Shown here one piece after another: positions 1 through 7,862 of a DNA stretch of 64,000 nt (its first letter is position 1; each line of letters opens with the position of its first letter). The notes below the pieces were generated by a model. That model saw only the letters and a list, made by a program, of their open reading frames with translations. It did not search any database and was not told the origin of the DNA. The stretch is taken from positions 124,001 through 188,000 of IMG/VR virus record IMGVR_UViG_3300029993_000005; one strand, given 5' to 3'. A program made the translations under genes and the position numbers.

Positions 1-507
1 ATGAGTACACCAAATGTATCAACCGTTCCAATTACTCCAATCCCTCCTAAACTACCACTAACTGCGGCCGAAATAAAGGCTGTTGTTATTCAGTATTGCT
101 TAGACAAGAATATGGCGGTTAACGCAGAAGTAGGGTTGTGCAAATATGGAAAACTAAGGGCTGACATACTAGCCCTGACCTTTGCTGGTGACACTACGGT
201 AATAGAAATTAAAAGCTCAGTTTCTGATTTCAAATCAGACAAGAAATGGCATAACTACTTGCCATTCGCAAATAAATTTTATTTTGCAATGAGTCCTGAG
301 GTCTACGCCAAAGTGCAGGACTCAATACCAAAAGAAGATGGTATTGGTGTCATGTTGATTACACAAGCAACTCATACTTACGGCAAACCTAGATTGCATA
401 TAGAACGCAAATCCAAGCATAAAGAAATAGAAGCTAGCATCAATATTGAGCTGATAATTAGACTGGCGTTCCGCAATGCTATGTTCAATCGCCTACACCG
501 GAAATAG
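1..507 (+). CDS. MmcB-like PD-(D/E)XK nuclease / DNA repair protein
   Basis: Motif RADILAL...VIEIKSSVSDFKSDKKWHNYLPFANKFYF matches the MmcB (DUF1052) pattern. Confidence 0.7.
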   Translation: MSTPNVSTVPITPIPPKLPLTAAEIKAVVIQYCLDKNMAVNAEVGLCKYGKLRADILALTFAGDTTVIEIKSSVSDFKSDKKWHNYLPFANKFYFAMSPEVYAKVQDSIPKEDGIGVMLITQATHTYGKPRLHIERKSKHKEIEASINIELIIRLAFRNAMFNRLHRK

Positions 508-522
508 AGGACTCAAATATTC

Positions 523-2133
523 ATGAGTACCAAGCCAGAGGCTTATGCGCGTGATCTAACCTGTGTCTATTGTGGTGGATCCTTGCCGGAAACTCATTCA
601 GCCTATTCTAAGTTGAGCAAGTACACCAAGGTAAAGACTGGTAACAAGTTGGCATTTTGTTGTTTGAGTCATGCTACGTTGTTCAACAATGCAAAGCGAA
701 CTCCTGAACAATTAGCCGATATTGGTGCAAAGACAAGTGCTGCACGTAGCAAACCAATACCAGCACACGATCTAAAATGTAATCATTGCGGCACCCCTAT
801 ACATCTAGGTCACAAAGCCTACAAAACAATAGGTGCCTATAACAAAGCAAAGGCTGGATTAATCAACGTCTTTTGCAGTCTTAATCATGCTCAGCTTTAT
901 ATCAATGAGCATCGTACCCACCAACAGAAACTCAAACGTAGGTCCACCATTTCTACTGGCTGTGTACAAAATGATAGTTCTAGCCAACGCCATGAGACAA
1001 TGAAGAACCGGGGTTCTTATAACCAGAGCAAGCCTGAACTAAGAATTTTTCATAAGCTGCGTCGAGTATTGCCGAACTTAGAATATCAGTATAGGAAGCG
1101 TGAGGGCTATCCCTATGCCGCTGATTTTTACGACCCCGACTCAGATACTATATTTGAGTATCAGGGCTTCATGACGCACGGTGGTGCTCCCTATGACTCT
1201 CAATCGTCCGAACATGCGTTAAGGGTCAAGCAGTTAAAACTCAGGGCCAAGACCGATAAATGGCTTGCTAAATTAACCTTAAAGATATGGACTAGTAGCG
1301 ATCCGCAGAAACGAGCGGCTATTCGTAAATCCAATATCAACTTTGTTGAATGGTTTACTGAGGAACAGTTTGAGACCTGGTATTCGACATTCCTTGCTCA
1401 ACACCTTGGCTCCGATAAATCAAAAGGACTGGCCTACAAATTTGGATCTCAAGTACTGTGTGCTTACGACGAGCTATTACGTGCCCGCCTATTGAATAAG
1501 TACCCTGATCTTATAACATTCTATCCCTGGGAAGACGTCAACAAGGTGGCTAAACTTCTGCTACCAAAAGACGTAATGTACGCTCGTAAATTAGAGGTGT
1601 GCGTAATACCCAACGATATAGCTGATCAATTCTGTGCCAAATATCACGTGCAGGGTAAATGTCGGGGAACTACTCTATCTATAGCTTTGGTTCAAGGACA
1701 TAGAATAATTGGGGCCATGACCTTTGGGACCCCTCGGTATAACAAGAATTTCGACTATGAATTATTACGCTTGTGTTTCAGCTCAGCCATAGTCGGCGGG
1801 TCCTCTAGAATGTGGAAACTCGCAGTCTCCAAATTAGGCAACCCTTCAGTAATATCCTATTGTGATCTCTCCAAATTTAACGGTAACGTTTATAGACAAT
1901 TAGGTTTCAAGCTCAAGAGAACCCCAATCCCAGGTCTTCATTGGTATAACCCGCTAAATGGACGCCATGTAACTGATAACCTATTACGTCAACGAGGATT
2001 TGATCAACTCGTGGGTTCTAAAATAAATACTGTCTATGGAAAAGGCACTAATAACGCTGAGCTCATGACCAGTCACGGATTTATACCTGTATATGATGAG
2101 GGGCAGGCTACCTTTATCTATAACCCAATTTAG
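523..2133 (+). CDS. Free-standing homing-type endonuclease: 2x Zn-binding repeat + Vsr-like nuclease + Mom-like GNAT domain
   Basis: Two CxxC...FC(C/S)xxH repeats; ADFYDPDSDTIFEYQGFMTHG nuclease motif; C-terminal YH.QG...GAMTFG.PRYNK.FDYELLRLCF...VISYCDLSKF.G.VY..LGF; paralogous to 3603..5564. Confidence 0.7.
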   Translation: MSTKPEAYARDLTCVYCGGSLPETHSAYSKLSKYTKVKTGNKLAFCCLSHATLFNNAKRTPEQLADIGAKTSAARSKPIPAHDLKCNHCGTPIHLGHKAYKTIGAYNKAKAGLINVFCSLNHAQLYINEHRTHQQKLKRRSTISTGCVQNDSSSQRHETMKNRGSYNQSKPELRIFHKLRRVLPNLEYQYRKREGYPYAADFYDPDSDTIFEYQGFMTHGGAPYDSQSSEHALRVKQLKLRAKTDKWLAKLTLKIWTSSDPQKRAAIRKSNINFVEWFTEEQFETWYSTFLAQHLGSDKSKGLAYKFGSQVLCAYDELLRARLLNKYPDLITFYPWEDVNKVAKLLLPKDVMYARKLEVCVIPNDIADQFCAKYHVQGKCRGTTLSIALVQGHRIIGAMTFGTPRYNKNFDYELLRLCFSSAIVGGSSRMWKLAVSKLGNPSVISYCDLSKFNGNVYRQLGFKLKRTPIPGLHWYNPLNGRHVTDNLLRQRGFDQLVGSKINTVYGKGTNNAELMTSHGFIPVYDEGQATFIYNPI

Positions 2134-2143
2134 TAGGACTACT

Positions 2144-3628
2144 ATGTTCACAAATAATAGATTGTTGGGGGTCAATGGAAAGACCATCAACATGAGTCAT
2201 CAGGTGTTTGGTAATAACGGAGCCTCTGTAGCCATGCGTAGTTATAAAGGCCGTGATGATGGCTCAAAAGTAAAGTTGAGTGCCAATGTAGTGGGGAGTA
2301 GTGGCGGTGGTGGAGCCTCTATGTCTGTTAATGGTTTCTGGCAATCTAATTACCAGTACTACATGACAGGGATTATCCCGGCAGACCCCCATCTTATTGA
2401 TACCTCAACGTTAGCTCTGTTCTACAGAGATATTTATATGTTCGATAGTGTCGGCGGGTCAGTAGTTGACATATTGTCGCATTTCCCATTCTCCAGTTGG
2501 GAACTCAGAGGCCTGGATGCTCAAGATTTAAAACCTTTCAATGACGCATTAGAAAGGTTGAATATTCAGACGATGCTACCCTTAATCAGCACCGCCCATT
2601 TAACTGATGGTTTCTTTTGTGGCTCCTTAGTATTCGATCCTAAGTCCAAACAGTTTATAGACACGATGTTGCACGATGCCTTGTCCTGTGCAGTTATTCC
2701 CTCACCGTTCTTTGGAATTGACCCTACGATTAATGTGCGGGTTGGCCAAGCAACACAGCAGTTCATGCACGATACATCAGAATACGCACGTCGATATCTG
2801 CAGCAAATGCCTCATCAGTTTGTCGACATGTTGAAAAGCGGTGCATTTACATTAGATCCAGTGACCACGATGTTTATTCCACGTCGATCCACAACGGATA
2901 GAGCTTATACATCGTTTCTACACCGTATTCTTCCGATGTATTTGATTGAGAAGACTCTGTTTCGTGGAACCTTAGTTGAGACTCAAAGACGTCAACGGGC
3001 AATGACACATTTGACGGCCGGTGACGATACATGGACTCCTACATCAGAAGAATTGAATCAATTGGTACAGTCTTTTCAACAGGCTGAATATGATCCTTTA
3101 GGTGGTTGGATATCTACACGTAACGCAGTGCAAGCAGTTGATCTCAGGCCTGGCGGAGATTTTTTTAAGTTTTCTGATATGGCTGATATATTTGTTCCCT
3201 ATAAGTTAAGGGCTTTAGGTGCCAGTGAATCATTCATGAGTCAGGAAGCCTGTTTGATAGGCTCTACCCAAATTAAACTTCAGAATGGTACGACCACGAG
3301 TATAGAGAGCCTAAGTCCTATCCATGGTCTAGCACCTCATGAACTAAAGAAAGGTCAGTGGTTTCCTCTAAATTTAGAACTACCCAATCGAATTTCGAAT
3401 TCTGCTAAAACTGAAGCTTGGTCATATCAAGGTTATAGGGAAACTTTTACGGTAACCACGGAAGATGGTAAACAAGTCACAGGGACTGAAAATCATCCAT
3501 TTTTTGTTTTATGTGAAGACGGAACTACTAAATGGAAACGTCTAGACGAGCTAAAAGAAGGTGATTTAATTGCGGTAGACGAAGAAGAACAGGAAGTTAA
3601 TAATGCCCAGACCACCGTCAGCAGCTAG
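2144..3628 (+). CDS. Portal protein N-terminal part (N-extein, 369 aa) fused to split intein N-half
   Basis: RBS AGGAC before ATG 2144; portal-like segment ...YKLRALGASESFMSQEA joins TYASQEAGYSLFLE... of ORF 5564; then intein block A CLIGSTQI. Confidence 0.8.
   Translation: MFTNNRLLGVNGKTINMSHQVFGNNGASVAMRSYKGRDDGSKVKLSANVVGSSGGGGASMSVNGFWQSNYQYYMTGIIPADPHLIDTSTLALFYRDIYMFDSVGGSVVDILSHFPFSSWELRGLDAQDLKPFNDALERLNIQTMLPLISTAHLTDGFFCGSLVFDPKSKQFIDTMLHDALSCAVIPSPFFGIDPTINVRVGQATQQFMHDTSEYARRYLQQMPHQFVDMLKSGAFTLDPVTTMFIPRRSTTDRAYTSFLHRILPMYLIEKTLFRGTLVETQRRQRAMTHLTAGDDTWTPTSEELNQLVQSFQQAEYDPLGGWISTRNAVQAVDLRPGGDFFKFSDMADIFVPYKLRALGASESFMSQEACLIGSTQIKLQNGTTTSIESLSPIHGLAPHELKKGQWFPLNLELPNRISNSAKTEAWSYQGYRETFTVTTEDGKQVTGTENHPFFVLCEDGTTKWKRLDELKEGDLIAVDEEEQEVNNAQTTVSS
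3251..3625 (+). mobile_element. Split intein N-half (IntN, 125 aa)
   Basis: Cys1 block A CLIGSTQIKLQNG; block B GKQVTGTENHPFF (TxxH) followed by WKRLDELKEGDLIAV; acidic tail DEEEQE then stop with no blocks F/G. Confidence 0.93.
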
Positions 3629-5564
3629 AATAAAAACTTTAAAATGTTCTTACTGCAATGAAATCATTTCAGAGACTCACGAAATATATAAGACTAGACG
3701 GGACTACGATGAAGCTACAGCTGGACTACGCACTGTGTTTTGCTGTAAAGGGCATAGTGTGTCTTATCGCCATGATAATTTAAGCCCGGAAGATAAATTT
3801 GCATATCATGAAAAGATAGCGACGTCCCGTAAAAATCGTAGTCCTGAAGAGAAACATTTGTCAGGGACTAAACTTAGAGACACCAAAGCTAATTTCTCGG
3901 AGGAGAAAAAAGCAGATATTCGAAGTAGAATCCAGGCAACGGCTAAAGCTAATGATTCCTATGCAAAGGCTGCATTGAAACGTGAGATCACCCTAATTGA
4001 GACTCATGGTCTGGACTACGGCAAGAAACGTCAGGTCAAAGCCCGAGAGACTATGCTGAGGGAGCATGGAATTCCATGCTCCCTAGTTAGCGGTAGTGTT
4101 TTTAGGGCCAAAGCTGAGGCTACAAATGTGGAACTTTATGGTTTTCATAACGCTACAATGAACCCACAAATTGCAGCGAAAACCGTAGCTACTTATACTG
4201 AACGTCATGGCGGTATGGGAAGAGCAAGTCCTAGCGCTAATGCTGAGTATAAGAAAACCATGATAAAAGAATATGGTACTGATCAACCAATGCAAGTTAA
4301 AGAGTTTGTAGACAAGGCTAGGGAAAAGTTTAGGCAAATAGGGCGTCTAAAGTCCAACGCTACTAAAATAAAAAATAATACGACGCCTAAAGAGGTTGCT
4401 TGGAAAGGCCATGCAACTAAAAAACTTAATGGCACGTACACAACTAATAAACAAGAGCAATACATCCTCCACTGTCTTAGATCTTTACTGGGGTGTCAGG
4501 TAGAATACTTGTATAGAGACCACCCGGATTACCCATGGGAAGCTGATTTCTATGATCCCGACTCAGATACTATATTTGAATACCAGGGTTACTTTACACA
4601 TGGTGACGAAGCTTATGACAAAAACAATAAACAGCATAAGCTAAAAGTTGCTGACTTAAGTACAAAAGAAGGCTGGGCTCCAGCTCTGACATTGAAAATA
4701 TGGACTAAACTAGATCCGTTAAAAAGAAAAACTGCTAAAAACAAAAACCTATCTTTTGTAGAGTGGTTTAATATCGAGCAATTTCATGTTTGGTTCTATA
4801 CTCAAATAGCCAAACTGTTTAACGCTAAACATAGCAGGGTCAAGAGTGGATGGTTTAAATTAGCTCCTGACTATTATTTAGCATCCCACTGTGCATTAGC
4901 TAACGTTAGACTTCCGAAAGGTAGAATTATTGTATTTTACCCATGGGACGATTTGAAAAAGCTTTCTCTTATAATTTCGAAAGAAAAAGAAATAATTTAT
5001 GCTAGAAAAACTAAAATATCAATCATAACCAAAGAAACAGCGGATAAATTCTGTGAGAAATATCATATGCAGGGATCCTGCCGAGGAACCGATTTAGCTT
5101 TAGGACTTTATGTTACAACAGCAGAAAATAATAATCGACTAGTTGGAGTCATGACATTTGGGAATCCTCGTTATAACAAGAAATTTGATTATGAACTATT
5201 ACGTTTATGTTTTTCTTCTTTAGTTGTTGGTGGCTCTCAAAAATTGTGGTCCGCAGCTAATAAGTATTTAACAGGTTCAGTAATAAGCTATTGTGATTTA
5301 TCCAAATTTTCTGGGGCTATCTACACTAAATTAGGATTTATCCAGAAAAATAAACCCAAATCTTCAATTGTTTGGTACAACCCGGAATCAGGAATTCGCA
5401 TCACGGATAACCTATTGCGCCAACGAGGATTCGATCAATTAATTGGTAAAAAATTGGGAATCATATATGGCAAGGGTGAATCTAATAATGCACTTATGAA
5501 AAAATATGGTTTTATTCCTGTTCAAGACCAAGGGCAGTCCGTGTACATTACGGAGTTAAAATAA
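3603..5564 (+). CDS. Free-standing endonuclease between the intein halves (Zn repeat, T..E.YG repeats, Vsr-like nuclease, Mom-like GNAT)
   Basis: ADFYDPDSDTIFEYQGYFTHG motif; GNAT-like C-terminus as in 523..2133; overlaps portal-N stop by 26 nt, and its TAA overlaps the next ATG (TAATG). Confidence 0.75.
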   Translation: MPRPPSAARIKTLKCSYCNEIISETHEIYKTRRDYDEATAGLRTVFCCKGHSVSYRHDNLSPEDKFAYHEKIATSRKNRSPEEKHLSGTKLRDTKANFSEEKKADIRSRIQATAKANDSYAKAALKREITLIETHGLDYGKKRQVKARETMLREHGIPCSLVSGSVFRAKAEATNVELYGFHNATMNPQIAAKTVATYTERHGGMGRASPSANAEYKKTMIKEYGTDQPMQVKEFVDKAREKFRQIGRLKSNATKIKNNTTPKEVAWKGHATKKLNGTYTTNKQEQYILHCLRSLLGCQVEYLYRDHPDYPWEADFYDPDSDTIFEYQGYFTHGDEAYDKNNKQHKLKVADLSTKEGWAPALTLKIWTKLDPLKRKTAKNKNLSFVEWFNIEQFHVWFYTQIAKLFNAKHSRVKSGWFKLAPDYYLASHCALANVRLPKGRIIVFYPWDDLKKLSLIISKEKEIIYARKTKISIITKETADKFCEKYHMQGSCRGTDLALGLYVTTAENNNRLVGVMTFGNPRYNKKFDYELLRLCFSSLVVGGSQKLWSAANKYLTGSVISYCDLSKFSGAIYTKLGFIQKNKPKSSIVWYNPESGIRITDNLLRQRGFDQLIGKKLGIIYGKGESNNALMKKYGFIPVQDQGQSVYITELK

Positions 5565-5680
5565 TGAAGTTTGTAAAAATAGTTTCAATTGAGGCCTCTG
5601 GTAAAAACCATGTATATGATATAGCCATGGCTAAAGACGAGGATCCCTCATTTATTGCAAATGGTATTATTGTGCATAAT
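5564..5680 (+). mobile_element. Split intein C-half (IntC, 39 aa)
   Basis: MKFVKIVSIEASGKNHVYDIAMAKDEDPSFIANGIIVHN: block F VYDI, block G terminal HN, followed by +1 Thr (5681-5683). Confidence 0.95.
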
Positions 5681-6469
5681 ACCTATGCCAGCCAAGAAGC
5701 GGGGTATAGCCTATTCTTGGAAACAACTAATAGCTATCGGACAGACTTAACCGAACGTATTTTCAACTCAAAATTATTTCCGTTGATAGCCGTTGTTAAT
5801 AATCTGTATAAAGATCCTAGTAAAGGTAGAGCCAAGGGTGGTCAGCTACTTGATTTTTTGTTTAACAGAAACAATCGTAACAACTTGAAAATGCCACAAC
5901 TTCACTGGCATAAGGAGTTGGAAGCCAAGGGTGAAGACAACATGGCTGAACTCCTGGAATTAGCCTCTGACAAGGGTGTACCTATTCCATTGAAGATGTG
6001 GATGGCTGCTTCCAAAATTGATCCAGAATCATTGTTACGTGACCTATCTGAGGACCAAGCCTTACGCGATAAATTAGCTCAGTACACGGGTAAGGACACT
6101 AGCCATGAGGGTGAGGACGATCATGAGTTCTCTGATGAAGACGATAACGCGCATGATGGTCGGGGTGTAGACGTCAGAGGCTCGGTTCCAGGTGAACGTT
6201 TAACTACTCAACGCCTAAGTCAAATGATTCAAAGTCCACGTGTTCCGCTATTAGCCCGCGAGTTTGGGGACTCTGGTGACTCATGGACCTTCACAAAGAC
6301 GGGTAAGGTCAAACATGTTCCTTCAATAGCTAAGGCTGACCGTAATGCTAAGGCCAATGACACGATATTGAAAATTGCCAAACAGGCGGACAGGGATCCT
6401 CATTATCGTGAAGAATTAAAGAAAAGGAATCAGGCCAAACTCGGGCGTACAAAAGTTAAAGACATGTAA
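5564..6469 (+). CDS. IntC fused to portal protein C-terminal part (C-extein, 262 aa)
   Basis: After HN: TYASQEAGYSLFLETTNSYRTDLTERIFNSKLFPLIA, a portal stem-like helix continuing the N-extein. Confidence 0.8.
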   Translation: MKFVKIVSIEASGKNHVYDIAMAKDEDPSFIANGIIVHNTYASQEAGYSLFLETTNSYRTDLTERIFNSKLFPLIAVVNNLYKDPSKGRAKGGQLLDFLFNRNNRNNLKMPQLHWHKELEAKGEDNMAELLELASDKGVPIPLKMWMAASKIDPESLLRDLSEDQALRDKLAQYTGKDTSHEGEDDHEFSDEDDNAHDGRGVDVRGSVPGERLTTQRLSQMIQSPRVPLLAREFGDSGDSWTFTKTGKVKHVPSIAKADRNAKANDTILKIAKQADRDPHYREELKKRNQAKLGRTKVKDM

Positions 6470-6477
6470 GGACCACT

Positions 6478-6735
6478 ATGTATTCGTTCCTAGTAAAGGA
6501 AGTTCCTGTGTCAGTAAGTCTTGAACCAGAATACCAGTGGTTTACCTATCACGGACGTTCACCCGTTCTAATTAAGTTCCAAGGTAAGTCACTGGCTATT
6601 GGAAAGGGAAAACGTTTTGGTGTTCGGCCCTCGACTTCGGGCACTGAAATTCGTTTAGTTTTTCCCGAGGATAAGTCAAAGGTATTAACCATTAGCAGAG
6701 AACAGGCTGAAAGTTTAGCCAAAGGAGTGAAGTAA
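6478..6735 (+). CDS. Hypothetical phage protein
   Basis: 85-aa ORF, RBS AGGAC, in operon. Confidence 0.6.
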   Translation: MYSFLVKEVPVSVSLEPEYQWFTYHGRSPVLIKFQGKSLAIGKGKRFGVRPSTSGTEIRLVFPEDKSKVLTISREQAESLAKGVK

Positions 6736-7136
6736 TGGACACGCATTCTTCAGAAACCGGGGTCGACATAGAACCCGATAAAGAGTCCACTATTAAATAC
6801 TACGGTATTTTATTTGACGACTATACACCTCCAGTCGAGGGTCAAATTCTCAGGGACTGCTTAGCTCTGCAGAACATTGCGGGGCACTCAGTTGATGAAT
6901 TAGTTATTGTTTGTGAAAGTGAGGCCCCCGATTCTTTACTAAAAGCCTTGGGCTTACGCAGAGTAGGGGACCCATCTTTAACCGATGACTGGATTGTTTA
7001 TCGCACTCAAGAAGAGTGGCCCGAACCTCCTGATAATGCCACAACAGTAACGCAAAGAGACTTGTGGGTACAGCTAGGAAAAGAGAATCTGACGGTCATG
7101 GACGAGCAACATACTAATGGCTACTATTTGCCGCCT
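6735..7136 (+). CDS. Exon 1 of intron-interrupted hypothetical protein (predicted spliced product 165 aa)
   Basis: ORF runs into intron P1/P2; predicted 5' splice site after ...CCG CCT (7136), a codon boundary. Confidence 0.65.
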
Positions 7137-7479
7137 TTTTACCTGGGGCCGCTTAGCAGTAATGTTAAGTGATAAGGTTTTGAATTGCTGGAAACCCCTT
7201 AGAGCTTCTTGAACCACAACGCGTAACCACCAAATGGTTAGATGGTTAGATCGTGAAGGTTTGAAAATCAAGAAGATTGGGCAATCAGCAGCGAAGCTCG
7301 AAAGAGAACGTTCAACGACTAGGCCGTAAGGCCGTACCTACCAAGTGGTGGGGAAGTGGAGCCCTCCTAGAAATTTAGGATGAAGATATAGTCTGAACAT
7401 CTGGTGAAAGCCAGAGCAGCTACTCGATGGTAAGACGAGCAAGCGCCTTTAGCCTAACGAGCTGAGGGGAACATAAATG
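7137..7479 (+). ncRNA. Group I self-splicing intron, subgroup IA2, no internal ORF
   Basis: P AATTGCTGGAAA 7183-7194; Q AATCAGCAG 7283-7291; R GTTCAACGACTA 7310-7321; S AAGATATAGTCT 7383-7394; P2 CTTAGCA-GTAA-TGTTAAG; P7.1 GGCC-GTAA-GGCC; P7.2; P8; P9 with GAAA loop; 3' end GAACATAAATG resembles the T4 td intron end. Confidence 0.9.
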
Positions 7480-7575
7480 CAAGGAAGACTTAGTCCAGAT
7501 ACGATTAGTTTGTTACGTCCGGCACCAAATGGCTACGTTCCAACTGACCCCTCTCTTATATTGATTTGGTCCTAA
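7480..7575 (+). CDS. Exon 2 of intron-interrupted hypothetical protein (QGRLSPDTISLLRPAPNGYVPTDPSLILIWS*)
   Basis: In frame with exon 1 if splicing occurs at 7136/7480. Confidence 0.65.
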   Translation, partial: QGRLSPDTISLLRPAPNGYVPTDPSLILIWS

Positions 7576-7697
7576 CCCGTTTTTTAATTAAGCATAATTC
7601 TAAGTCCCAATTTAATAGTATCTCGAACTTGATGTCCGAATCGTTTTGTTTGCGCTTTGACGATTAGCTCTGTGGGAAGGGTCGGGCACTAAGTCTT

Positions 7698-7738
7698 GGG
7701 AGGGCCTACGGCTTCGAGGCTTGCCCTCCCTCTTTTTT
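7698..7738 (+). terminator. Rho-independent terminator
   Basis: GGGAGGGC/GCCCTCCC stem followed by TCTTTTTT. Confidence 0.7.
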
Positions 7739-7862
7739 ATTTAATTTAAGTCTAATCCCTAATCCCTAATCTTTACCTTTACCCAAGAGACGGCTAGCTC
7801 TTGAGGTTCCAAACTTCAGCCGTCTCTTCGGTGTTCATTAGCTTCAACAGGGCACCAAAATC

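Noticed and set aside
3603-5564. RNA-level removal (intron or ribosomal hop) of the endonuclease to give a contiguous intein, since IntN and IntC are in the same frame
   Set aside because: No group I/II core elements are visible around it. IntC has its own coupled ATG and RBS, and the acidic-IntN / basic-start-IntC pattern fits trans-splicing.
7074-7271. Minus-strand 65-aa ORF and the ORF-track end of 6735..7172
   Set aside because: Both overlap the group I intron; the spliced + strand gene explains the region better.
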